DNA of 64,000 nucleotides from a virus (lineage: Duplodnaviria; Caudoviricetes). The notes beneath the pieces were generated by a model. That model did no database searches and had not been told where the DNA came from. It was given only the letters and a program-made list of their open reading frames with translations. Made by a program: the position numbers and the translations under genes. The stretch is taken from IMG/VR virus record IMGVR_UViG_2595698635_000001, positions 6,839 through 70,838 of that record; one strand, 5' to 3'. Each line of letters opens with the position of its first letter. The stretch's first letter is position 1. Positions 39,258-48,643 of this stretch are shown here, one piece after another.

Positions 39258-42185
39258 TCAGTCGGCGTCGTTGATCTCGGCGGCGGCAGCCGCGCGAGCC
39301 TGGTCCCGAGTGTTGGTGCTCGGGATGTACCTGGAGCCGGACGCGGTGCCGGTCAGGGTCTCGATCAGCGAGTACCGCAGGCCACGGTCGACGGCCTCGG
39401 CAATCCGCTGCTTCCAGTAGGCGGCGGTGTCGTTCCGCGACCTGGCGTAGCCGTCGGGCAGGACGGCGGTCATAATCTCGGCGCGGGTAGCGCCCTGCTG
39501 AGTCAGCCGGTCCACGTAGTCGCGGATGCGGATGGCGGTCTCCACCACCGGCTCGGGCAGCGGTCGGGCCAGCACAGGCTCCCCCTCCATCGGGTCGACG
39601 GTCCCGTTCGGGCTGGTGATCAGCGGCGCGGTGACGCCCTCGCCCAGGTCGTGGCTGATCATCAGCAGCGGGATCGGGTGCTCCAGCTGCTCGGCGTTCT
39701 TCTGCTTGGTGGTGACCAGCTCGATGGGTTTGCCCGGCAGCCGCCCGTCGGCCCCGGTGACCTGGGTCGTGTCCCAGTTCCCGTGCCTCACCAGCAGCTC
39801 GGAGTCGAGCGCGCCGTTCAGCGCCGACGACCCGCGCCCGGTGTTCGGGTCGGCCTTCCCGGTGTGGTGGACCACGCACACGCCCGCGTTCGTCAGCTCC
39901 TTGAGCTTGTCGAACCGGCGGACGGCCTTGCCCACGTCGGTGGCCGAGTTCTCCTCCAGCCCGGCGCTCATGCGGGCGAACGTGTCGAAGATGACCAGGC
40001 CGATGCCCTTCCGCGCGATGTAGGCCGCGATCTCGCCCCACGCCTCGTTCATCGCGTTGACCAGGATGATCCCGTTGCCCAGCAGCAGGTCGTCACCGAG
40101 GTCCATCTGGTGGGCGTCCTCCCAGGCCCTGATGCGCTGGACCGCGCCGCTCAGGCCCTCACCGGGGAGGTACAGGACCGGGGTCTTGAACGTGACCCGG
40201 CCCTGCCACCGCTTCCCGGTGGCGATGTGACAGGCCATGTCCAGCGCCACGGTGGACTTCCCCGCGCCGGGCGTCCCGATGATCGACGTGAGCCCGCCGT
40301 GCTCCAGCAGGCCGTCGATGATGAACTCGGGCGGCGGCATGTCCCGCCAGTGGGAGAACGGCGCGATGCGCGGCACCCCGTTGTGCGGACTGTCGAACAC
40401 GTCGGGGTCGGGGTCACTCACGTCATCGCGGTACGGAGTGTCGGCCTTGGGCCGGGCCGTCCCGAAGTCAGCCGGGAGGTCCGCCGGGTCGGTCGGCAGC
40501 GGCGTCGGCAGATCGTCGGCGTAGGTCTCGGCCTCACCGATCTGAGCGTCCGGCAGCGGGGTGCTGGTGCGCGGGTCGGTGGCCACGCCATCGGCGCGGT
40601 GCCCGCCGGTCTCGGCGGCGTCGTCGGCGTCGGCGGCGTGCCAGAGCAGCCCGTCGTCGGGGTCGACCACGAACAGGCCGTCGTGGGTGCGGCACGACAC
40701 GCACACGCGCTGACCGCAGTCGTAGTCCACGATCTGGCCGGTCTGGCTGTTCACCGTGCAGTCGCACTTGGCCTGGTCGAACGGCGGATCGGTCTCGGGC
40801 TCCCCGGCCTGGTCGCCGTACTCCTCACGGGCGGCGTCCATGTTGGCGTAGTCCTCAGCCGTCGGCATCGAGAAGTCACCATCACCCGAGGTGTCCAGAT
40901 CACGGTCGACGCCCTTGGCGTCCAGGCCGGGCTCGACGCTCAGATCGGGCGTGACCTCCAGCGCGTCCATGGCCGCGCCGACCTTGCCGCCGAAGCTCAC
41001 CAGCGCCACGGCCTGGAGCTTGGAGAACGTCGGCGTCCAGCCGGGCTCGTCCATGTGGTCGGTGAACGGGGCGGCGTCGTGATCGGTCCACAGATGCAGC
41101 GGCGCGTTCGTCTCGGTGTACCGGCCAGCGGTGCAGCCGGTGTCGTGGGCGGTGGCCGACTTGGGGGAGGCGTGGATGCCCGGCGCGGTCCACACGGCAC
41201 AGCCGCAGCTGTCGGCGCGGGGCGCGGGCGTCCACCCGAGGGGTTCCAGGATCGACGCCCAGCTGACCGACTCGGCCCACTTGTCGACGGCGGTGGCCAG
41301 CTCGGTGTTATCGGTGCGGTGGCCCTCGGCGCGCTGCACGCGGTGCTGACCCTGCTTGATGATGGCCTCGGCCAGCCAGTCCGGCAGCTCGTAGACGTGG
41401 CCCAGCTGCTCGTACGCGCCCTCGGGCCGGGTCGACGGCGGGATGAGCACGTAGCGGCGGTCCCAGAGCACCGCGAACCCGTTGTCGCCGCCCCAGGTCA
41501 TCGCGCCGAGGTGGCGCGGCAGCACCGGCATGTACCGGTCGGGCACCGTGAACCAGAAGTGACCGCCGTCGGAGTGAGCCCAGGTGGACGGGTCGTTCGG
41601 GTCGCCGTCGGCCATCTGGCCGGGCGTGAGCACGGTCGGCGCGGGCCGGGCGTCCTCGGGGATCTCGGCCACCTCGAACCAGCGGTCCACCTGGGCCTCG
41701 GTGTCACAGTCCACGACCACCACGCCCGAGCCGCCGACCTCCACGGCCAGGTTCACCCCGACCGGCTCAGTCATCACGATGGCCCCGGTGTCCTCCAGCT
41801 TCTTGGCCCAGGTGGCGGCGGTGCCGTTGCCCTCGGGTGAGGCCCCGTCGTCGGTGTACTCCCACTTGCTGAACTGCTGGATGTAGGCCTTGAGGTACCG
41901 GTCCAGGGTGGCCTTGTCGTCGGTGGCCAGCGCCAGGCCCGCCGGGCTCTTGACCGTGGCCCAATCGCGCCGACCGCCCTGCTGAGCGGCCTCCTGCGCC
42001 GCCTTGTCGTCGGAGCGGCGCTTGGCCGGGGTCCGCATGTCGGCGGGCACCTTGGAGTTCGGATAGATGAACAGGATGTTGAGACCGAGGTCCGCCGCCT
42101 GGCGGATGAACGCGCGCACGGCGGTGTGGTCGGTGTTGTCGATGCCAGCGCCGAGAACGGCTTCCAGCGGGGCGGATCCGAGCAT
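39258..42185 (-). CDS. DNA primase/polymerase-helicase (Prim-Pol N-terminus, RepA/AAA_25-like C-terminus)
   Basis: VVVDCD, GGHFWF, YVLIPPS; GTPGAGKS, VIFDT, VVHHTGK, RGSSAL. Confidence 0.9.
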   Translation of the reverse strand: MLGSAPLEAVLGAGIDNTDHTAVRAFIRQAADLGLNILFIYPNSKVPADMRTPAKRRSDDKAAQEAAQQGGRRDWATVKSPAGLALATDDKATLDRYLKAYIQQFSKWEYTDDGASPEGNGTAATWAKKLEDTGAIVMTEPVGVNLAVEVGGSGVVVVDCDTEAQVDRWFEVAEIPEDARPAPTVLTPGQMADGDPNDPSTWAHSDGGHFWFTVPDRYMPVLPRHLGAMTWGGDNGFAVLWDRRYVLIPPSTRPEGAYEQLGHVYELPDWLAEAIIKQGQHRVQRAEGHRTDNTELATAVDKWAESVSWASILEPLGWTPAPRADSCGCAVWTAPGIHASPKSATAHDTGCTAGRYTETNAPLHLWTDHDAAPFTDHMDEPGWTPTFSKLQAVALVSFGGKVGAAMDALEVTPDLSVEPGLDAKGVDRDLDTSGDGDFSMPTAEDYANMDAAREEYGDQAGEPETDPPFDQAKCDCTVNSQTGQIVDYDCGQRVCVSCRTHDGLFVVDPDDGLLWHAADADDAAETGGHRADGVATDPRTSTPLPDAQIGEAETYADDLPTPLPTDPADLPADFGTARPKADTPYRDDVSDPDPDVFDSPHNGVPRIAPFSHWRDMPPPEFIIDGLLEHGGLTSIIGTPGAGKSTVALDMACHIATGKRWQGRVTFKTPVLYLPGEGLSGAVQRIRAWEDAHQMDLGDDLLLGNGIILVNAMNEAWGEIAAYIARKGIGLVIFDTFARMSAGLEENSATDVGKAVRRFDKLKELTNAGVCVVHHTGKADPNTGRGSSALNGALDSELLVRHGNWDTTQVTGADGRLPGKPIELVTTKQKNAEQLEHPIPLLMISHDLGEGVTAPLITSPNGTVDPMEGEPVLARPLPEPVVETAIRIRDYVDRLTQQGATRAEIMTAVLPDGYARSRNDTAAYWKQRIAEAVDRGLRYSLIETLTGTASGSRYIPSTNTRDQARAAAAAEINDAD

Positions 42186-42222
42186 GAGTCAGTGAGTCCT
42201 TCGGTTGTGGTGGTGGTGAGGT

Positions 42223-43158
42223 CTACGGGGTCTCGGCGGCGGTGTCGGCGGCGATGTCACCGCCCAGGGCGGCGTAGCCGATCAGGTCGACCCAGCTGTC
42301 CCGGTGGCCGGTGTTCTGGGCGAGACGGCTGATCTTGAGCGCGGCCAGGATGAGCGCCACCTGCTCGGCGGTCACCACGTCCAGGTCGAGGATCGCGGCG
42401 ATGAGCTGGCCGGTGCGGGTGAACCCGTCACGGGCCGAGCCGTAGTCGCGCTCACGGTCGCCGCTGATGGCAGCGCCCGCCTCGGCCAGCAGGCGGTCCC
42501 GCTCGCGCTCGACGCGGGTCACCTCGGGCAAGGTGACCGGCTCCAGGTCGGGCCAGACCTTGGTCGCCGCGTAGTACAGCGACTCACCGGTCACGCCGAC
42601 CGAGGCCCAGCCGCGCATGTACTCGGCCAGATCACCGAGCGTCGGCACCTCGGGCGCGGGGATCTCGACCATGGTCTTGACGAGCGGCGTCACGGTGTCG
42701 GCGGTGCGGCGCGGGCACACGGGCGGGTCCGCCGGGAAGTCAGGGCAGTCGTCGTCATGGTCACCAGCCACGGGCGCGCCGCAGCACTCGGTGACCTCCA
42801 CGTCCGCGCCCATCAGCACCGGCCCGCCGAGGTGGCACTGGCAGTGGCCGACGTGGTTCTGATCGGGGCACTCCGAGCCCGGCTCAGGTGAGCGGTAGGC
42901 GCATCCCTCGGCCTGATCGCAGGGGACACCCTGGTCCAGCGGGCACTTGAAGCAGTGATCGAGCGGCGTCGGCGTGCTCGGGTCACGGAGCCACGGATGG
43001 CGGTGGGCCTCAGCGCCGTGCTGAGGGCACTCGGGGTTCCACCCGGCGGCGCTGGCCGAGGGGTCGCCGGGGCAGATGCAGCGGGTCGTCTGAAGGGCGC
43101 GCTGGCGTCGGGCGGCGTCGGTCTCATCGACCTCGCCATAGCGGGGAATGTCAGTCAT
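42223..43158 (-). CDS. DUF6378-like protein with Cys-rich N-terminus
   Basis: GDRERDYG...LKISR...HRDSWVDLIGYAAL. Confidence 0.75.
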   Translation of the reverse strand: MTDIPRYGEVDETDAARRQRALQTTRCICPGDPSASAAGWNPECPQHGAEAHRHPWLRDPSTPTPLDHCFKCPLDQGVPCDQAEGCAYRSPEPGSECPDQNHVGHCQCHLGGPVLMGADVEVTECCGAPVAGDHDDDCPDFPADPPVCPRRTADTVTPLVKTMVEIPAPEVPTLGDLAEYMRGWASVGVTGESLYYAATKVWPDLEPVTLPEVTRVERERDRLLAEAGAAISGDRERDYGSARDGFTRTGQLIAAILDLDVVTAEQVALILAALKISRLAQNTGHRDSWVDLIGYAALGGDIAADTAAETP

Positions 43159-43239
43159 CGGTGTCCTGTCGGTGGTGGTGTGGTGGTGGCCGGGCACGCC
43201 AGCCTAGACCCTGATCAGGGCCGTTGTAACCAGGCACAA

Positions 43240-43275
43240 GATGTTGGGGCGCAAGGGATCTCACGCCCCAACATC
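43240..43275 (-). terminator. Stem-loop after the lipoprotein gene
   Basis: GATGTTGGGGCG / CGCCCCAACATC. Confidence 0.6.
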
Positions 43276-43281
43276 CTGGGT

Positions 43282-43665
43282 CTACTTGGCGCTGATGTCG
43301 GGGATGAGCACCGAGGGGTTCCAGTAGACGCGGTACTGCTCCTGGCTCACGCGGGCCGGGTCCAGCTGCTCCACGAAGTACGTCATGTTGTCGGACAGGT
43401 GGAGGAAGTGCTTGAGGTCACCCATGGGCGTCCGGCACGTCACCTCCAGCTGAGACTCGGCCTCGTCCACGTCGATGTTGCACCGGCCCTCGACGGTCAT
43501 CGTCAGCTTGTCGGTGATGCCGTTCACGTAGTTGATCTTGCGGGCGATGCCGAAGTTCTCAGCCTCCTTGCTGATGTTCTCCGACACGACGTCCGAGGGC
43601 GACGAGCAGCTGGCCAGCGTGAGCGCGGCGAGCCCAGCGGCGGCGACGGCGGCGATCTTGTTCAT
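43282..43665 (-). CDS. Lipoprotein
   Basis: Signal peptide with LASC lipobox; strong RBS. Confidence 0.85.
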   Translation of the reverse strand: MNKIAAVAAAGLAALTLASCSSPSDVVSENISKEAENFGIARKINYVNGITDKLTMTVEGRCNIDVDEAESQLEVTCRTPMGDLKHFLHLSDNMTYFVEQLDPARVSQEQYRVYWNPSVLIPDISAK

Positions 43666-43706
43666 GCGGTGGTGTCTCCTTCTGTGGTGGTGGCCGGACC
43701 GGACGG

Positions 43707-45548
43707 TCAGACCTTGGCCCAGGCGTGACCCATGTCAGCCCGGTCAGTGCGGAGGACCGGCGTGCGCTCGGCCCACTTGATGAGGAACGGCGGCGGCGTC
43801 AGCATGATCTGCTGGACCTCCTCGGCCACCTCGGTGTCCACCACCACCTCGTCGTGCATGGCGAGCTGGAGGTGGTGGCTGATGCCGCGCCGGTCCATCT
43901 CCACGATGGTCGCCGCGAGCACGTCATAGGCCGAGCCCTGGACGGTGTAGTTGACCGCCTTGAACACGCCGCCCAGGTCCACGGGCAGGATGCGCCCGCC
44001 CGCCGTGATCACCTTGCCGTGCGTCTCGGCGATCTCCTGGACCATGGTCATCCACCGGCTTGACCGGCGCATCGCGTTGAACATCTGGCGGCGGATCTGG
44101 GCGGCGCTCTCCTCGGTGTGGCCGATGGTCTGGGCCAGCTTGATCACGCCCGAGCCGTACATCGTCTGGAGCAGAACCACCTTGGCCACCGGGCGCTCCA
44201 CACCGCACGCGCGCATGATCGGCTCGTAGAGGTCTTCGCCCTGCTCGAAGGGCAGCAGGAACTCAGTGTCCCGAGCCATCAGGCCCATGCACACCGGCTC
44301 GATCTGAGACCAGTCGATGGACGTCAGGCCCTGGCCGTCGTCGGTGATGATCGGGCGGGCGTCGGCGGGGAACTGTTGCAGCTCGGGTGAGCCGATGGAC
44401 ATGCGCCCGGTGGCCGAGGCCCCGAGGGTCGCCACCTGAGGATGGCACCGCCCCGTCACGCTGGCCTGGCGGTCCACCTTGGCCAGGTAGCCCATCGTCT
44501 TCTCGATCACGGCCAGCTTCCGCTGAGCGGCGGCGAGCGGGTTGACCTCGGCCAGGATCTCCATGTCGGCCTTGGTCGCCCGCAGCGCGCCCTTCGGGGT
44601 GCGCGGCCACGGCTGAGGCAGCTCACCACGCTCGTCCAGGTACTTGACCAGCGCCGCGCCCTTGCCGGTACCGCCCTCCAGCCCGTGGACGGCCAGCTCG
44701 GCCACGGCCAGGTTCCGCTCGACGTCGACCTGCTCGGCGTACCGGTCCAGGTACTCACGGTCGACGGCCAGGCCGAGGGCCGACCGCTTGAGCATCACCC
44801 GGTGAACCGTCTCCTGCTCGGTGATCTTCTCGATGGCCTCGGCCTCGGTGGTGGCCCCGTAGGTGACGAACGGGTGATCCAGCGTCCACTCGATGGCCAG
44901 GCGGCGGATGAGTGGTTCCAGCCTCAGCGTGGCCACGGTGTCCGCCATGGCCCCGTACCGGTAGACCGGCGAGCCGATGTCCATGCCCTCGAAGCCCGCC
45001 GTCTGGGTCTTGTACCCCGCCGCCTTGAACGCGCGCTCCAGCCCGCCCTTGTCGTCGGCCAGCCCGAGGTGCCTCACGCTGAGCGCGGTCAGGTTCTTGG
45101 GCACCATCACGTCGGGCACCGCGAACCGGGCCAGCAGCAGCGTGTCGATCACGCGCCCGACGTCGCCCATGGTCATCAGACCGTTGTGGTACAGGCTCGG
45201 GATGTCGAACGGCGCATTGTGGAACACGATGTGGCGGGCGTGGCCCATCATCTGGAACACGATGTGGCGGTGATCGGGGTCGCGCGCCGGGTCCAGGATC
45301 ACGGTCTGAACGCCCTGGGTGCCGCCCGGCCAGCGCCAGGCGAACGTGACGCAGTTGATCGTGAAGCTGTTCTCCAGGCCGGGCGTCTCGATGTCGGCGG
45401 CGATCAGCTGGGAGCCGACCTCGGTGTGCGTCAGGAACTCCGCACAGGTGTCGCGGGCGTCGGTGCCGGTGGCCATGTAGGCGTCGAGCACCGGGTCATA
45501 CCAGGATCGGCTCGGGACGCGCGGGCTGGCGGTGGTGGCCGTGGTCAT
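43707..45548 (-). CDS. Family A DNA polymerase with 3'-5' exonuclease
   Basis: DIET, HNAPFD, TGRMS, DWSQIE, RxxxKxxxxxxxYG, NYTVQGSA, HDE. Confidence 0.95.
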   Translation of the reverse strand: MTTATTASPRVPSRSWYDPVLDAYMATGTDARDTCAEFLTHTEVGSQLIAADIETPGLENSFTINCVTFAWRWPGGTQGVQTVILDPARDPDHRHIVFQMMGHARHIVFHNAPFDIPSLYHNGLMTMGDVGRVIDTLLLARFAVPDVMVPKNLTALSVRHLGLADDKGGLERAFKAAGYKTQTAGFEGMDIGSPVYRYGAMADTVATLRLEPLIRRLAIEWTLDHPFVTYGATTEAEAIEKITEQETVHRVMLKRSALGLAVDREYLDRYAEQVDVERNLAVAELAVHGLEGGTGKGAALVKYLDERGELPQPWPRTPKGALRATKADMEILAEVNPLAAAQRKLAVIEKTMGYLAKVDRQASVTGRCHPQVATLGASATGRMSIGSPELQQFPADARPIITDDGQGLTSIDWSQIEPVCMGLMARDTEFLLPFEQGEDLYEPIMRACGVERPVAKVVLLQTMYGSGVIKLAQTIGHTEESAAQIRRQMFNAMRRSSRWMTMVQEIAETHGKVITAGGRILPVDLGGVFKAVNYTVQGSAYDVLAATIVEMDRRGISHHLQLAMHDEVVVDTEVAEEVQQIMLTPPPFLIKWAERTPVLRTDRADMGHAWAKV

Positions 45549-45910
45549 GCCAGACGCTCCCAGGTCCAGTCGTTGGGATGGTCGGCGGGGTCGGTGACAA
45601 TCACCGAGTAGATCCCCTCCTCCAGCGGTGACCGACCGGCCTCCGCGATCTTGGTGTGGACGTCGCACTGGAACAGCCCGCCGTCCAGCCGCTCGCGCAG
45701 CGGGTGCTGGAGGGTGAACCCGTCACGGCTCAGCGCCACGATGTGATCGGTGTGCGGGTCGGCCAGGATCGACCTGACCGCCCTCGGGTTCGGGCACTCG
45801 GTGTTGGAACACGTCACCGCCCCGTCAGGGGTCAGGGTCAGCGTGGCCCCGCACCCCATGGGGCAGAACCCCGCGACGGTCGGGTAGATGGGCGGATCGG
45901 CGGCGGTCAC
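45545..45910 (-). CDS. Zn-ribbon hypothetical protein
   Basis: CPMGCG...CSNTECP; 4-nt overlaps on both sides. Confidence 0.7.
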   Translation of the reverse strand: MTAADPPIYPTVAGFCPMGCGATLTLTPDGAVTCSNTECPNPRAVRSILADPHTDHIVALSRDGFTLQHPLRERLDGGLFQCDVHTKIAEAGRSPLEEGIYSVIVTDPADHPNDWTWERLA

Positions 45911-46521
45911 TCGGTCTCCTTGCGTCGGGTCCAGCCTCGGCGGGTGAGCGCCAGGGCCAGGGCGGCGATGTTCTGCTTCTCACTGGTCACGATGCCGATC
46001 AGCTCGCGGAGGTCGAAGTCCATGGCCACCTCGGCGTCGTCGGCGTCCAGGGTCTCAGGCTCGGGCGTCGGCGGCGCGGGAACGGGCGGCTCACCGGCCA
46101 GCCAGTCGGCGAACACGGCGGCGTCGGTCAGCACGGCCTCAGCGCCGACCCACTCGCGGGAGTTGACCGCGTTGCCAGCGGCCACCTGAGCGGCAGCGGC
46201 CAGCGCCGCCTCACGGGGCCAGGTGCCGCCCGTGATCAGCGGGAAGGTCTCGACCTCGGCCTCAGCCTCGGCGTATGGGCTCGGGTCGGTGAAAGCCACG
46301 CACGGGAAGTTGACCCCGGCGTCCTCGACCGACTTCGGATCCCAGCCGCCAGGGCTGATCCAGGTGACCCGGCGCATCCCGCGCACGCCCGGCCCCATGG
46401 ACTCGTACTCGGCGCGGACGAACGCCACGGCCTCACTGGTGCGGTCACCGGGGATGCGCAGCCAGGTGATGATCGTGCCGTCGGGCAGCTGCTCCAGCTC
46501 GGCGGCGCTATTGACGATCAC
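45907..46521 (-). CDS. Hypothetical protein
   Basis: GTGA overlap; codon usage. Confidence 0.7.
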   Translation of the reverse strand: MIVNSAAELEQLPDGTIITWLRIPGDRTSEAVAFVRAEYESMGPGVRGMRRVTWISPGGWDPKSVEDAGVNFPCVAFTDPSPYAEAEAEVETFPLITGGTWPREAALAAAAQVAAGNAVNSREWVGAEAVLTDAAVFADWLAGEPPVPAPPTPEPETLDADDAEVAMDFDLRELIGIVTSEKQNIAALALALTRRGWTRRKETE

Positions 46522-46973
46522 AGGAACGGAGCCGTCGGTGAGCTGGACGCCACGACCACGCGCTTCTCGTACAGCGCGATCATGTCCGCGATGGGCGCGG
46601 GCAGCTCGGAGCGCACGAAGTCAGGCGTGACCTCCTCACCGAACCGGCGGTACGGACGCCGCCACTCGTTGTCGCCGCCCTGGGTGCTGGACAGCCCGGC
46701 CTTGAGCACGCGCGGGCCGGTCACCCTGACCTCGGCCAGCGCGCCGTCGCGCCAGGTGACCTGGAGCCAGTTGGGTCGGAAGATCCAGGTGCCGTACCGG
46801 CGCGTCATGTCCTCCACCGCGCCGGGCTCGACCGCGAACCGGGCGACGTGAACCACCTCGGTGTCGGTGTCGCCGTCGGACTCGATGTCGGTGGTGGTCG
46901 TGGTGGTCGACCTCAGGAACGTGATGGCCCGGCGGTCGGGCACCTGGTCCAGGTCGGTGGGCTGATCGGTCAT
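46518..46973 (-). CDS. Hypothetical protein
   Basis: GAAGGAG before ATG 46973. Confidence 0.7.
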   Translation of the reverse strand: MTDQPTDLDQVPDRRAITFLRSTTTTTTDIESDGDTDTEVVHVARFAVEPGAVEDMTRRYGTWIFRPNWLQVTWRDGALAEVRVTGPRVLKAGLSSTQGGDNEWRRPYRRFGEEVTPDFVRSELPAPIADMIALYEKRVVVASSSPTAPFL

Positions 46974-47041
46974 CGGATCTCCTTCGTGGTGGTTCGCCGG
47001 GTGGCGATGGCCAGGGTGGCCGGTCGTGGGGTAGCGGGGCA

Positions 47042-47269
47042 TCAGCACTCAGGCCCGCCGGTCGAGAACTCCACGGGATCGGTGGCGCTGACGGCCACGG
47101 TCCCGTCCTCGTTGACGTCCAGGCTGACGATCTGCATGTTGTCGGTGGTGCCGAACACGCCCAGGGCGGCGGTGCCCTCGTCGTTGACGAACCACTCGGT
47201 CGGCACCCCGAGGCCGTCCCAGAAGTCCATCTCCACCTGGAGCGCCGCCTTGGGCGCGGGCCTGGTCAC
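47042..47269 (-). CDS. Small acidic hypothetical protein
   Basis: GTGA overlap with the upstream gene. Confidence 0.6.
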   Translation of the reverse strand: MTRPAPKAALQVEMDFWDGLGVPTEWFVNDEGTAALGVFGTTDNMQIVSLDVNEDGTVAVSATDPVEFSTGGPEC

Positions 47270-47427
47270 GCGCACCAGCCGGGGTTGCTCGCGTGGTAGG
47301 CGGCGGTGATCTCGGGGTCCGCCAGGTAGTCGAGCAGCGCGGCGTCGGCCTCCGAGTGAGCCTTCTCGCCGTCGGTCTCCTTGGCCAGCTCACCGAGGGT
47401 TCGGAGCAGGCGCGCCTTGGTCATCAT
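47266..47427 (-). CDS. 53-aa hypothetical protein (MMTKARLL...AHSEADAALL), not in the ORF track
   Basis: ATGA and GTGA overlaps; GC3 codons. Confidence 0.65.
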   Translation of the reverse strand: MMTKARLLRTLGELAKETDGEKAHSEADAALLDYLADPEITAAYHASNPGWCA

Positions 47428-47759
47428 CGCTTGGCCTGCTGGGCGTACTCGGGGTCACGGCCCAGGTGAACCTCCACGTCACCGTAGTGCTCGGCGGGGC
47501 GGATGATCACCGGCTCGTCGTGCTCCAGGGTGTACTCCTCCTCGGCCCCGTTGCCGATCAGCACCGCGACGTGGCGGGCGTCGATGGACAGCTGGCGCAG
47601 CTCACCGGTCACGATGGCCACGGTCTCGCGGTCGTCACGGGTGACGCGGAAGCGGATCAGCGTTCCGATGTAGTCGGCGCTGAGCTGACTCGCGTGACGG
47701 ACGTCGGGCTGCTGAGCGTCGGCCCGGCCCGGCATGAACGAACTGGAAGCGCCCATCAC
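47424..47759 (-). CDS. Hypothetical protein (start uncertain)
   Basis: Good codons from about 47715; overlaps the upstream gene. Confidence 0.55.
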   Translation of the reverse strand: MMGASSSFMPGRADAQQPDVRHASQLSADYIGTLIRFRVTRDDRETVAIVTGELRQLSIDARHVAVLIGNGAEEEYTLEHDEPVIIRPAEHYGDVEVHLGRDPEYAQQAKR

Positions 47760-48096
47760 CGACCGCGAGGTGGACGTGCTTGGGGTCGACGTAGCGCACC
47801 GTGCAGGTGGTGTCCCAGGGCGCGAGGAACGGCGCGGCGCACTCGCTGATGGTCGGCCATGGGCTCACCAGCTGGCCCGCCGAGTACAGGCCCGGCGCGG
47901 CCCCGTTGCTGTTGCCGGGTCCACAGACCCGATCACCGTTGACGCGGCAGTCCCAGGCCGGATCGTCCTCCTGGATCGGGGCGCTCGGGGCCGGTGGCGC
48001 GGCCTCGGCCACGCCTGCACCCCAGGCCACGCCCAGGGCCAGCACAGCGCCGGTCACGACGCCGCCCGCGAACGCACGGATGGTGGATGGTCTCAT
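47635..48096 (-). CDS. Secreted/membrane protein with EDDPxWDC...CG motif
   Basis: Signal peptide ending AEA; GGAGG RBS. Confidence 0.7.
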   Translation of the reverse strand: MRPSTIRAFAGGVVTGAVLALGVAWGAGVAEAAPPAPSAPIQEDDPAWDCRVNGDRVCGPGNSNGAAPGLYSAGQLVSPWPTISECAAPFLAPWDTTCTVRYVDPKHVHLAVGDGRFQFVHAGPGRRSAARRPSRESAQRRLHRNADPLPRHP

Positions 48097-48124
48097 GTGG
48101 TGTTCCTCCAGGTCAGGAGTGTAA

Positions 48125-48202
48125 GCGGGCCGGTCCCGCCTGACTTATTAGGTTATATCTTAGTCGGCTCGCCGCCGTCAAGTTACCCGAGTGAGTCGGT
48201 AT
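48125..48202 (-). promoter_or_regulatory. Module 4: operator 48183-48202 upstream of TTGACG-N18-TATAAC, hairpin 48125-48140
   Basis: Variant arrangement of the repeat. Confidence 0.7.
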
Positions 48203-48212
48203 TCACCGGTAC

Positions 48213-48554
48213 TCACGCATCACGCCGCCCCGTCGCCGCCCACCGCTGCCCGCGCTGAGCCTGGTACAGCAGCGTGATCTGGCGGGCCATGTCGGGCGGC
48301 AGCGTGGCCAGCAGCTGACCCAGCTCGGTGCGCGGATCCCACTGACCGAGGGAGCCGGGCGTCACCTCGGCGTCGGTGGCGCGCACGCTCAACTCCTCCA
48401 CCAGGGCGCAAAACGGGCCGAACTGATTGGCGCTCACCGGGCGCGCGGCGGCGTACCCGAGGGCGAACGCCAGCGCGGCGGTCGGGGCCTGGCTGAGCGG
48501 GATGGAGGCGGTGCCGGTGGCGAACTCACGGCGGGCGGGCGGTGTGGCGGTCAT
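48213..48554 (-). CDS. Hypothetical protein (probably leaderless)
   Basis: TAGTGT 6 nt before ATG; operator upstream. Confidence 0.7.
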   Translation of the reverse strand: MTATPPARREFATGTASIPLSQAPTAALAFALGYAAARPVSANQFGPFCALVEELSVRATDAEVTPGSLGQWDPRTELGQLLATLPPDMARQITLLYQAQRGQRWAATGRRDA

Positions 48555-48560
48555 GGCAAC

Positions 48561-48590
48561 ACACTAGCCCGAGTCAGTCGGGTGAGTCTC
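48561..48590 (-). promoter_or_regulatory. Operator copy 5 (48565-48585) with TAGTGT -10
   Basis: TAGCCCGA-GTCAG-TCGGGTGA. Confidence 0.75.
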
Positions 48591-48643
48591 ACGCGCGTGT
48601 ACGCGCACGCGCGCATGTACGCGGGCGCACGCGCGTGCGCGCG
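48590..48643. repeat. Alternating purine-pyrimidine tract
   Basis: CACGCGCGTGTACGCGCACGCGCGCATGTACGCG(G)GCGCACGCGCGTGCGCGCG. Confidence 0.85.

Noticed and set aside
36712-45548. Inteins or introns in helicase, primase or polymerase
   Set aside because: Motif spacing is normal and no splice-junction or homing-endonuclease motifs were seen
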